Source: a virus (taxonomy: Duplodnaviria > Caudoviricetes). From it: a stretch of 52,330 nucleotides of DNA. Shown here one piece after another: positions 7,444-15,768 of this stretch. Both the position numbers and the translations under genes were made by a program. Where the stretch lies: the IMG/VR virus record IMGVR_UViG_3300026478_000318, positions 1 to 52,330 of that record; one strand, written 5' to 3'. Numbering within the stretch: position 1 is the first letter of the stretch; every line of letters begins with the position of its first letter. The notes under the pieces were generated by a model, which was not told the DNA's origin, did not search any database, and saw only the letters and a list, made by a program, of their open reading frames with translations.

Positions 7444-8088
7444 CTATAAAATTTCTTGTTTACATGCTGGGCAAGTTTTAGGTTTCTTAGCAGACTTTGT
7501 TGTAGGCGCTGCAGCCTTCGCTGGCTCTGTTGGTTTTGCAGTAGATGCCTTAAACTTAGGTCTACCAAATCCTACAATTGAAACCTGTACTCCTGCTTTG
7601 TTTTTCTTATAAGCACGAAGTTTCTTGCAGGCTTCTCCACCATTTCTTTGACTTCCCTTTTTACCATCTCCAGTTGTATTACCTTCAATGCACCAAACAG
7701 TTCCGTCTTCGTTATCTTCAATAACAATTCCAACGTGAGAAATTCTATCGACGCCATCTGAGGGGAAATCAAAATAGGCGATATCTCCTGGCTCTGGATC
7801 TGCAAGATCTCCATCAATCCACGAGTTAGCCTTCTTAAATGCTGCTGCCCCACCTGGAGTATAAACAGTATTTGGAACCTTTACTCCTGCTTCATTTGCA
7901 CACCAGTTTACAAAAGAACCACACCAAGGCTGAAAGTTAGCCTTAGTATATGCTCCATACTTTGTTTCATTGTCTTTAGGGCCTTCAATATATCCTACTT
8001 GAGATTTAGCAACTTGAATTAAACGTGCTGCTGTTCCTGCTGGAGCCTTTGCTGTCTCTGCTGGTACTGGAAAATCATCTTGTGCCAT
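7444..8088 (-). CDS. CHAP-domain endolysin/amidase
   Basis: QPWCGSFVNW (Cys), SHVGIV (His), IEGN, an Ala/Lys/Pro linker and a C-terminal CPAC. Confidence 0.88.
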   Translation of the reverse strand: MAQDDFPVPAETAKAPAGTAARLIQVAKSQVGYIEGPKDNETKYGAYTKANFQPWCGSFVNWCANEAGVKVPNTVYTPGGAAAFKKANSWIDGDLADPEPGDIAYFDFPSDGVDRISHVGIVIEDNEDGTVWCIEGNTTGDGKKGSQRNGGEACKKLRAYKKNKAGVQVSIVGFGRPKFKASTAKPTEPAKAAAPTTKSAKKPKTCPACKQEIL

Positions 8089-8090
8089 AA

Positions 8091-8534
8091 TTAATCCTTA
8101 TCCCAATCTGTATCAACAGGCTGCTCTGCTGGCATTGCACCGTCTGGTTTTGCTTCCAATCGTGCTCTAACTGCATCTGCCTCTACATCAGCCTTTAATT
8201 CATTGATTGCTAGTTCTGATTCAAGTTTCTTGTCTGCTTGTGTATTCTTAGCATCCATCTCTTTATTAGATAGTTGTGCTGCCATTACATCTTTGGCACC
8301 AGACTGTCCAATTAATAAACCTGCTAATGTTCCTGTAATAAATGTTGCTACAGATCCAAGAACGTTGAAGAACATCTTATCATTTTCTGATTGTGCTCCA
8401 ACTGGTTGTGTAACAAACAACAAACCATATAAAATTCCTAGCGCTGTAAATAATAAAATTCCACCTAATGTGCAGCCTAATATAAACTTTAATCTAGCAT
8501 CTAGTTCTGCAGGTGTTAATCTTTGTTTAGCCAT
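8091..8534 (-). CDS. Two-TM membrane protein with C-terminal coiled coil
   Basis: Two hydrophobic helices followed by a charged heptad-like tail, directly upstream of the endolysin. Confidence 0.75.
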   Translation of the reverse strand: MAKQRLTPAELDARLKFILGCTLGGILLFTALGILYGLLFVTQPVGAQSENDKMFFNVLGSVATFITGTLAGLLIGQSGAKDVMAAQLSNKEMDAKNTQADKKLESELAINELKADVEADAVRARLEAKPDGAMPAEQPVDTDWDKD

Positions 8535-8742
8535 TGTTTTTTCCGTTCTGATATTCTTCCCATACTGTCTTACCTACTAGATCTCTTGAACAAGATCCAG
8601 ACGGTTCGCATATTGGAGGATTGCATTCCTTTGCTTCCCAATTTGCTGGGTCTTGACAAGGATAGCGATATCCACCTTGATACCCGCAGCCAGCAAGACT
8701 TAATACAAGTATACACGATAAAGCGGTATGACGAATTTTCAT
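8527..8742 (-). CDS. Small Cys-rich lipoprotein
   Basis: Basic N-terminus, hydrophobic core, lipobox LAGC and four further Cys in the mature part. Confidence 0.8.
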   Translation of the reverse strand: MKIRHTALSCILVLSLAGCGYQGGYRYPCQDPANWEAKECNPPICEPSGSCSRDLVGKTVWEEYQNGKNNG

Positions 8743-8748
8743 AACAGC

Positions 8749-8757
8749 ATTATACCA
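8749..8757 (-). promoter_or_regulatory. Extended -10 (TGGTATAAT), leaderless spacing
   Basis: 6 nt between the -10 and the ATG at 8742, with no SD. Confidence 0.75.
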
Positions 8758-8759
8758 AT

Positions 8760-8984
8760 TTATTCGTCATCTTTTTTAGAGCCTTTGGCCCCAAAATATC
8801 CACCAATAATACCAATTAGACCACCAAGGGCGGTTTGAACAAGGGTCATGACTTCTGCTGAGACCTCTACTGGCTCACCTGTCTTTTGAGTCTCAAGGGC
8901 AGCAGTAACATAATCTCCAACAATGGCAGTAATAATGGCAAGTCCTACCATTACAGATAGTGTAAAAATAACTTTATCTTTCAT
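8760..8984 (-). CDS. Small two-TM membrane protein
   Basis: Two hydrophobic helices, a Gly-rich second helix, a charged tail and an AAGGAG SD. Confidence 0.75.
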   Translation of the reverse strand: MKDKVIFTLSVMVGLAIITAIVGDYVTAALETQKTGEPVEVSAEVMTLVQTALGGLIGIIGGYFGAKGSKKDDE

Positions 8985-8987
8985 TTT

Positions 8988-9197
8988 TTACTCCTTTTCT
9001 TCTCTTAGTGGAATTGTTATAAGCCAAAGAGCAATTGATATTAGGGTCGCTATACCAACTACCTGCTGTGCTGTACCTGTAAGGGTAAGCCAAGCAATGA
9101 AGAAACCAAGTATGGTGAAGATCTGGGCTATACTTTCAATAACTGCAGCCTTGAACCACTTCAAGAGTCCTTTAACTATATTCTTAATCATGTTCAT
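8988..9197 (-). CDS. Small two-TM membrane protein
   Basis: Amphipathic N-terminus followed by two TM segments, with an AGGAGG SD inside the upstream gene end. Confidence 0.75.
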   Translation of the reverse strand: MNMIKNIVKGLLKWFKAAVIESIAQIFTILGFFIAWLTLTGTAQQVVGIATLISIALWLITIPLREEKE

Positions 9198-9198
9198 A

Positions 9199-11247
9199 TT
9201 ATAACCTCCTTAGTGACATAACTGAACCAACAATGTTTCCTACCAAAATAACAGGGACAACAACCTCTTGAACTTTCTCTCTTTGGTCATCTGTCATATC
9301 TTTACCCCATTCTGTAGGGTTTAAAACTTTACCTAAATCTATATCTAATAATGTTCCAAGTGGATCTGCTAAAAATGCTTCTGTTTGTACTTCTGTAATA
9401 GCGTCTGCCAGTGTGTATGGCATTGCCGCATCCCCTGCTTCTTTTGCTCTATCTTTAAACTCAACAAATGCGGTAGCAATGGCAGGATCAGATTTCATAG
9501 CCTCAGCAATCTTTTCAACTTCAGATGATTTAATACCTAATTCCTGTGCAACTTCAGCCTTAGCCTCTGTAGTTAAAGCCTTAAGAGTTTGGCTAACTGC
9601 TGCTACTTGTTCTGGTGTTAGTGTAACTAATTTATTATCTTTACTTGTAAGGTTAGCAATAACTCCAGATAAATCTTCTGTTGTTCCCGTTCCTTTTTCA
9701 GGTACCAATGCTGCCAATTCTTCATCTTTAATTACTGGTTTTTCTTCAGGTGCAGGCGTTGGTTCTACCGTTGGTTCTGGTCCAGGTGTTGGTTCAGGTG
9801 TAGGTTCTTCTGTTGGTTCAGCAGTAGGCTCTGTAGTAGGTTCAGGTTCTGGATCTTTTGTTGGCTCTACAGTTGGTTCAGGTGTAGGTTCTGAACTTGG
9901 TTCTGGTGTAGGATCAATAGTAGGCTCAACCGAAGGCTCTGGACTTGGCTCTGGGCTTGACTCTGGTGTTGCAATTATTGTAGGCTCTGGCGTTGGTTGA
10001 TTTGCTGCAGCGTTGGCTGCTGCTTGAGCAATAGCAATTTGTATTTCTCTTTCTTTCTGTTCTTCATAATAATCCCAGGCATCCTGTATTGCATTATTCA
10101 TATCAGTTATTGATTGATTATATGCTGAGATTGTATTATTTTTTGCAGATAAAGAAGTTGTGAGGTTTTCTTCTGCAGTTGTTAGGTTTTGCTCTGCAGT
10201 TGTTAGGTTTTGTTGTAATGTTGTGAGGTTTTGAACTGCTTGATTATACGCAGATAATTTATTATTATAAAGATTTTGTGCTGAGTCTCTTGTTGCAAGT
10301 GCTTCGTTATAAGCATCTATTTGCGACTGATTTGCAACTGCACCTGAAGAGAATGTGTTTAAATTACAACTAAAGCCTACTCCCCATCCACCAGTATAAT
10401 CACATCCAGCACCAGTCCAACCTCCAGGAATTGCCCATCCAAGATGATAAGATCCTGGACCTCCACCGTTATACCACCATATTTCTACATCTAAAGTTTT
10501 ATCTTGACTAACATCATATACTGGAGAATATGCACTCCATCTAACTCCTTGCTCTACCCAGTTGTTAATAGCAAGTTGTCCATTAACGTACATTTTAAAA
10601 CCATCATCTGTATAACCTGCAAAATAAGTTGATGTCCAATGTGAAGGAACTGTAATAGTTCCAGTAAACTTTACAACAATATTTTCATATCTGTTTCCAC
10701 AAACTGGCAATTGCATTGAATTTGAATTCCATGTACCAGAACAAATCACTGAGTCTGGTGTTGCTATGCTTGGCCATGTCCTTACCAAATTATAAACAGT
10801 ATATGAAAGCCCCTGACCACTGGCTGACTGCATATTGGCCTGTGTTGTCTGTACATTTAGGTTTGCCACATCAAGGGCATCCTGAGCATTATTTTTATCT
10901 GTTAGGGCTATAGCAACTGTAAGTGTTTGTGCATCTACTGCTGACTGGGCTAAGTTCTTTTCTTGAACTGCCGTGGATTTTGCAGTAACCGCATCATCAT
11001 ATGCAAGCAAGGCGCTGTCCATATTTTGTTTTGCTTGAACAGCATAATTATATTTATTTTCTGCTATACCTATAAGATTATTGAATTCGTCTTTATAGTT
11101 AAGATCCTCTACGCTGTCTTTAAGGTCTTCTAGTTCTTGGGCAGCAACTACTAAGGGGTCATCAGAATGAGCGTCTGTAGGGGCTATTAGAAGCCAACTG
11201 AAGGCTAAGGTTATTGATGCTAGTAGTCTGGTTAATTTGTTAATGAT
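9199..11247 (-). CDS. Large exported protein: signal peptide, coiled coil, PA14-like domain, coiled coil, Pro/Glu/Thr stalk, helical domain, hydrophobic C-terminus
   Basis: FTGTITVP...F..YTDDGFKMYVNGQ..INNW..QG...WYNGGG is PA14-like. The frame stays open 75 codons upstream of the ATG at 11022 and encodes a signal-peptide-like segment. The start is probably ATC 11247 or ATT 11244. Confidence 0.75.
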   Translation of the reverse strand: MINKLTRLLASITLAFSWLLIAPTDAHSDDPLVVAAQELEDLKDSVEDLNYKDEFNNLIGIAENKYNYAVQAKQNMDSALLAYDDAVTAKSTAVQEKNLAQSAVDAQTLTVAIALTDKNNAQDALDVANLNVQTTQANMQSASGQGLSYTVYNLVRTWPSIATPDSVICSGTWNSNSMQLPVCGNRYENIVVKFTGTITVPSHWTSTYFAGYTDDGFKMYVNGQLAINNWVEQGVRWSAYSPVYDVSQDKTLDVEIWWYNGGGPGSYHLGWAIPGGWTGAGCDYTGGWGVGFSCNLNTFSSGAVANQSQIDAYNEALATRDSAQNLYNNKLSAYNQAVQNLTTLQQNLTTAEQNLTTAEENLTTSLSAKNNTISAYNQSITDMNNAIQDAWDYYEEQKEREIQIAIAQAAANAAANQPTPEPTIIATPESSPEPSPEPSVEPTIDPTPEPSSEPTPEPTVEPTKDPEPEPTTEPTAEPTEEPTPEPTPGPEPTVEPTPAPEEKPVIKDEELAALVPEKGTGTTEDLSGVIANLTSKDNKLVTLTPEQVAAVSQTLKALTTEAKAEVAQELGIKSSEVEKIAEAMKSDPAIATAFVEFKDRAKEAGDAAMPYTLADAITEVQTEAFLADPLGTLLDIDLGKVLNPTEWGKDMTDDQREKVQEVVVPVILVGNIVGSVMSLRRL
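9750..9997 (-). repeat. Degenerate PEPT/EPT coding repeats
   Basis: About 80 aa of PTPEPT/EPS repeats in the protein. Confidence 0.9.
10157..10233 (-). repeat. 21-bp tandem repeat, about 3.7 copies (QNLTTxE/Q heptads)
   Basis: gttgtgaggttttcttctgca / gttgttaggttttgctctgca / gttgttaggttttgttgtaat / gttgtgaggttttg. Confidence 0.85.
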
Positions 11248-11274
11248 CCTTTCTGCCTCCGTACAGTCAGCATC

Positions 11275-11283
11275 ATTATACCA
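11275..11283 (-). promoter_or_regulatory. Extended -10 promoter (TGGTATAAT)
   Basis: Intergenic, followed by GGAGG at 11256-11260. Confidence 0.75.
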
Positions 11284-11288
11284 TTTTA

Positions 11289-11894
11289 TTAAATAAAGTT
11301 TGTATTGAATTGCAAGGAGGCTCGTGGAGCAGTCACTTCTATTTGATGATACATGCCTTTAGGAAAGAACACAAAGTCACCTGGATTCATTTCAATAACT
11401 TCTTTATATGTGGGTGGTTCTGGTTCCATTAATGAGGTGTCTGAAAATACCCATGTGGTTTGACCTTGGCACTGTAATGAAAACGCTGCCCAATCATCTT
11501 TATGGCTTAAATTTTTATATGGACCTACACATATTTTAGGGCCAGATAATGCGAGATTAAATGTTGTTTTTCTATTAATAGTTTCAATCATATCAAAGAT
11601 GATCGGAAAATGCTTTTCAAACCTTTCATATTTATCATCTGCACCGCCTAAAGCATTGATATATAAATCAGCACCAACTATTACTGTTCCATTTAATGTT
11701 TCTTTATTTCGAGCAACTTCTTGGGCTAGTGCCATATTAGTAGGCTCTTGCCATTCTTGATAAATACAGTTTAAAAAATCAAACCAAGACGGCAGGTGCT
11801 CTTCGTTTATAAAGTTTTTAAATATATATGGTTTAAAGTTTTTGTTAGAATCTCTAACAATATGTAAAAAATCTTTTAAGTCGTAATTTATCAT
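11289..11894 (-). CDS. JmjC/cupin-like 2OG-Fe(II) oxygenase
   Basis: HKD....F.LQCQGQTTW...MNPGDFVFFPKGMYHQI. Confidence 0.82.
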   Translation of the reverse strand: MINYDLKDFLHIVRDSNKNFKPYIFKNFINEEHLPSWFDFLNCIYQEWQEPTNMALAQEVARNKETLNGTVIVGADLYINALGGADDKYERFEKHFPIIFDMIETINRKTTFNLALSGPKICVGPYKNLSHKDDWAAFSLQCQGQTTWVFSDTSLMEPEPPTYKEVIEMNPGDFVFFPKGMYHQIEVTAPRASLQFNTNFI

Positions 11895-11900
11895 AATATC

Positions 11901-11909
11901 ATTTTACCA
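11901..11909 (-). promoter_or_regulatory. Extended -10 (TGGTAAAAT), leaderless spacing
   Basis: 6 nt to the ATG at 11894. Confidence 0.65.
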
Positions 11910-11912
11910 TAC

Positions 11913-11942
11913 AAAAAGGGGAGCAGGTTTCCCCACTCCCCC
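11913..11942 (-). terminator. Intrinsic terminator
   Basis: Minus strand GGGGGAGTGGG-GAAA-CCTGCTCCCCC followed by a T-run. Confidence 0.88.
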
Positions 11943-11956
11943 AGTTGTTGGATTGA

Positions 11957-13093
11957 CTACTTAAGTAAAGTAACCTTAGCCTTTGGATTCTTTGCATTCC
12001 ACTTTACAGCGAGTGCATTGAATGCCTTCTTGATTGCAGCAAGAGTAGCAGCATTATCTGCCTTCAACTTAGCAATTTCTGCATCCTTAGCAGCAAGCGC
12101 TGCATTAGTAGCAAGTGTTGCAGTTACAGAATCAGCCTTTACCTTAGCAAGTTCAGCCTTAACTGCAACTAGTTCTGTATCGGAAGCCAACTTTGCATCA
12201 GCAAGAGCCTTTGCAGAAGCAACCTTCTCAGCAGCAAGTGCAGCATCTGCTACAGCCTTAGCAGCAACTGCTGCATCTGCAATAGCCTTCTGTGCTGCAA
12301 GTTCAGACAATAGATCACGAACTGAGATTGTCTTAACTACGCTTGAGGTTACTGTGTTGAATCCTGTAACAACAGAAGCAATATCAGATGAGTTAGTAAC
12401 AGATACAACAAGTGTTGAAGAACCTGTTGTTGGAAGCGTTACCTTAAAATCTGCCTGACCAAAGTTGGTTAGGGTTGCACCAGTTGTAGCAGTAGTTGTA
12501 TCAAGAGTTCCACCAACAACGAGTGCTGTTAGACCCTTACCTGATACCTTGTTACCAAATACGTCTGTTGCGGTTACTGTTGCAGTTACAACGCTTGAAG
12601 TTGTTCCAGCATCAGCAGATGAAAGTGCAAGAGTATTAATCTTTCCTGCAGTTCCCTGTACATAATAAGTTAGTGTTGTTCCACCGTTTGTAATAGCAAC
12701 TGTACCAATTGCTGTTGTCTTTGTGTAGACATAAAATGTTGCGGTTGTTCCTGTTCCAGTTGCAATTGTCAAAGATGATGATCCTGATGATGCAGATACT
12801 GGTGCAGCAGATGTGTGCAATGCAGAAACAATTGTTGCGTTAGTTGCTGATACTGAAACGTTTGTTCCTGTATCAACTGTTGCAACAAACTTTAGTGCAT
12901 CAGCAGCATCGATTGTGTTGTCTGCTGGGACTGGCAATGAAGCAGGTGTAGCAATTGCAGATGCTGTTGTATTAGCAGTTCCGTCAAGTGATACAGCGAC
13001 TGTCATTACGGCTGCGCTTGCAGGCGAAGCCACGATTGTTGCGGTAGTCATGGCTGCAACCACGGCTAGAGCGATTTTCTTAAATGAATTCAT
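11957..13093 (-). CDS. Secreted Ala/Thr/Val-rich surface protein (S-layer/Ig-like) with Ala-Lys coiled-coil C-terminus
   Basis: Signal peptide MNSFKKIALAVVAAM...PASA, a beta-rich core with VTATDVFGN.V (Ig-like motif) and a C-terminal FNALAVKWNAKNPKAKVTLLK. A GAGGAG SD precedes 13093. Confidence 0.72.
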   Translation of the reverse strand: MNSFKKIALAVVAAMTTATIVASPASAAVMTVAVSLDGTANTTASAIATPASLPVPADNTIDAADALKFVATVDTGTNVSVSATNATIVSALHTSAAPVSASSGSSSLTIATGTGTTATFYVYTKTTAIGTVAITNGGTTLTYYVQGTAGKINTLALSSADAGTTSSVVTATVTATDVFGNKVSGKGLTALVVGGTLDTTTATTGATLTNFGQADFKVTLPTTGSSTLVVSVTNSSDIASVVTGFNTVTSSVVKTISVRDLLSELAAQKAIADAAVAAKAVADAALAAEKVASAKALADAKLASDTELVAVKAELAKVKADSVTATLATNAALAAKDAEIAKLKADNAATLAAIKKAFNALAVKWNAKNPKAKVTLLK

Positions 13094-13114
13094 TATTCTC
13101 CTCGTATTCATTGT

Positions 13115-14899
13115 TTATATTGTTTTTATTCTATCCAAGAAGTTGTTTATTTCTTCTATTTGGCTAGGTTTATATTGTATCACATTAGCAGGTAATGTGT
13201 CAATTTGTTTAGGTCTATCCCTGAAAGTATGGACCTCTACCTCAAGGTTTTGATTTTTAGGGGTATGAGAAATGGCTCCAAAGATGGATCCACATACGGC
13301 ATCCGCCAAGTCTTTAGATTTTTTGCGTGGGTGATCTACCTTGTCATTTTTCATAATTTTAAGTTCTGTCAATTCTTCAAATAAAAGTTCGATTGCTGGC
13401 ATTATAAGTCTTTCCTCATAAACCAACATTGCCATATCCTCATAATGTTTCTTGGCTACTGAGACTGTCTCCGTTCTCATTCCCACAGCCTGCAATTCAT
13501 TTTGAATATCAAATGATTGCCAACGGTCAAAGGTTACTAGCCCTATGTTAAATCCAAGCCTTCTAAGATTTTGAATCCATTGCTTTACCTCTGATAAATT
13601 AACTGGACCCTCTACCTTTGGTTCCCACCATGCTACTGCATCTACTACAACGATAGGTGATATTTGTTCGTAATCTTTGATTACCTGAACATTAACCCAC
13701 TTCTCAACATGTGCAATTGCAACAGCACACTTGTCATGTTTTTGTGCAAGGTCAGCATGAACAAAATATATTTTTTCTGGGTCAGGTACAAAATTTTCTT
13801 CAAATCTTCTAAAGGTATCTAAGGGATTTCTAATACTCATACATGATCTTACTTTATCTGCCTGCTTAAAAAATGCATCTGATGCAAATGTTGGTACACA
13901 AGCAAAACGCATCATGGCGTCGCCAAGGTCTGTCATAAAAGCAATCTTAAAATCATCAATCTTTCTAGTAGGATTTACTTCCCATGTTGGTCGTTTAATT
14001 GCAAAAACTCCAGGATACTTGTAAGATTTTATGTGGTCTTCATCCCAAGAAATATCAAACCAGTTATCTTTGTCATCTTCTGGCAACAATGGATTAACAA
14101 TAAACCTATGTGTCTTATTTACTACTTCTTTTTCAGCAATTACTGCGTCATACCGCTCAGAAATAAAGTCACCGTTATAGCGTGGGAAAGAAAGAAGAAC
14201 TACTTTACCAAGATCTGGGAAACGAGAATCTACAGAACCACGGAAGGCTTTATAGATGTTATCAGCAGTCTTTCCTTGCTCATTACCTGTTGCTACCTCT
14301 GATGCAAAGCCAGAGATCTCATCAAGAACTGCAAGCAAAAGGTTCAATCCCTCGTGAGATTCTCTTTCAGAGTGACCAGAGTAAACTGTAATTGATTTAT
14401 CAAAACCAATTGAGTCTACCTTTGCTTCATACTTTCCAGCAAACCATGGAGACTTTTCAATCTTAGTTTTGAATCCTTTAAAGAAAACATTCTTGGCCTG
14501 TTGAGCGTTAATAGCAACGTTAATAAGGTCTATGGCATCGCCACTGGGCTTACCGAAATATCTTGCTGGGTCCTTAAGGCATAATAACTTATACACAATG
14601 TAAGCACAAGCAACAGTAGAAGTAAAATCTTTTCCACTACCCTTGCCAAGTTGGAGGATAATTTCATTTTTTGTATATTTTTCAAAATATCTTGCTCCTT
14701 CTTCTTCACCCATAATCTGCTGAAGATCTTCTTTACGATATATTTGACTCATAGCCTCTACAATGTCATATTGAATTGTAGAAAGTCCTGGCTGTCCTAA
14801 ATAGTCTGGAGATTCAACAAATGTTTTAGCATCTACAGGTGTTTCTTCAAAATGATTATCTTTTAATGCCTCAAGAAAATCATCAAACATCGTGGACAA
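13115..14899 (-). CDS. terL: Terminase large subunit
   Basis: Walker A GKGSGKD, Walker B AVLDE, LLSFP coupling motif, and nuclease residues HADLA, FDRWQS and KDLADAV. Confidence 0.92.
   Translation of the reverse strand: MSTMFDDFLEALKDNHFEETPVDAKTFVESPDYLGQPGLSTIQYDIVEAMSQIYRKEDLQQIMGEEEGARYFEKYTKNEIILQLGKGSGKDFTSTVACAYIVYKLLCLKDPARYFGKPSGDAIDLINVAINAQQAKNVFFKGFKTKIEKSPWFAGKYEAKVDSIGFDKSITVYSGHSERESHEGLNLLLAVLDEISGFASEVATGNEQGKTADNIYKAFRGSVDSRFPDLGKVVLLSFPRYNGDFISERYDAVIAEKEVVNKTHRFIVNPLLPEDDKDNWFDISWDEDHIKSYKYPGVFAIKRPTWEVNPTRKIDDFKIAFMTDLGDAMMRFACVPTFASDAFFKQADKVRSCMSIRNPLDTFRRFEENFVPDPEKIYFVHADLAQKHDKCAVAIAHVEKWVNVQVIKDYEQISPIVVVDAVAWWEPKVEGPVNLSEVKQWIQNLRRLGFNIGLVTFDRWQSFDIQNELQAVGMRTETVSVAKKHYEDMAMLVYEERLIMPAIELLFEELTELKIMKNDKVDHPRKKSKDLADAVCGSIFGAISHTPKNQNLEVEVHTFRDRPKQIDTLPANVIQYKPSQIEEINNFLDRIKTI
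13174..13203 (-). promoter_or_regulatory. Promoter TTGACA-18-TACAAT with TG extension, inside the terL 3' end
   Basis: -35 at 13198-13203 and TGATACAAT at 13174-13182. Confidence 0.7.
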
Positions 14900-15416
14900 T
14901 TGTTATCACTTCATCTCTTTTTGAGATTTCAGACAGTCGCCTCATAATCTCATCTCTAATTTCAGGATACTCTGATGCAATATCACGAAGAATAGCCATA
15001 AGAACTTCCTGTTTCTTTTCAATCTGAATCATCTCTTCAGCAAGTTCTTTATTTTCTAACAAGCCTGCTTTTTGAAGCATATCAATTCTTTTAGACTCAA
15101 TATCCATAACCAACTTAATGGCTTGAGTTTTTGCACCTAGGTTATTTGTTAAAGAAGCCTCATCGATAACTTCATATGATTTTGAAATTAATTTATTATA
15201 GTGAGTGTCTGCAACAGCAAGTGCTTCTTTGGCACGTGCACGGATAGCGTCGTTGGCAGAAGCCATGACCTTCCATTCATTAATATGCTGTACAACACGA
15301 TTTCTAGGAATAGATAAATCTTTAGAAATTTTTGTTGCATCATTACCCTTAAGATATTCGCTGACAACAACATTTATCTCATCAAGGTGCTTGACTAAAT
15401 CTTCTTCAGTTGACAA
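14883..15416 (-). CDS. terS: Probable terminase small subunit (HTH plus helical oligomerisation region)
   Basis: HTH-like ATKISKDLSIPRNRV, overlaps the terL start, and has a TTG start with GGAGG 9 nt upstream. Confidence 0.65.
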   Translation of the reverse strand: MSTEEDLVKHLDEINVVVSEYLKGNDATKISKDLSIPRNRVVQHINEWKVMASANDAIRARAKEALAVADTHYNKLISKSYEVIDEASLTNNLGAKTQAIKLVMDIESKRIDMLQKAGLLENKELAEEMIQIEKKQEVLMAILRDIASEYPEIRDEIMRRLSEISKRDEVITIVHDV

Positions 15417-15768
15417 GTTGATAATCCTCCTGCACACCTAAATCTTTATTCTTTGCTATCTTAAGTAAAACTAAATACCCAATTAAATCGTCGATATCAT
15501 TGTCTCCTGGATAATCAGTTCCTTTCATAAGTCTATTTAATTTATCATCAATACGAACATGCAATTGCTCTCTTGGTCCCGCTTTTGAAAATATACGAAC
15601 AGGTTCAAGGGCTGAATTGCCGTATGCAATATTCTTCTTTATTAACATATGTGCAATCTCATGACATGAATGCCAGATTTCTTTTCCTGCCTCTGTTCCT
15701 ACAGTAAGTAGGTATAACTCTTCACACTTAAAATTTTGTGAATCTGGAAATACAGGATCTAGTTTCAT
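15406..15768 (-). CDS. DUF1599-like / nucleotide-modification-associated helical protein
   Basis: KKN.AYGNS...RIDDKL.R...D.DDLIGY pattern. Confidence 0.65.
   Translation of the reverse strand: MKLDPVFPDSQNFKCEELYLLTVGTEAGKEIWHSCHEIAHMLIKKNIAYGNSALEPVRIFSKAGPREQLHVRIDDKLNRLMKGTDYPGDNDIDDLIGYLVLLKIAKNKDLGVQEDYQLVN

Noticed and set aside
9750-10233. Repeats as a CRISPR array or DGR template/variable repeats
   Set aside because: They are in-frame coding repeats without unique spacers, and no reverse transcriptase is present.
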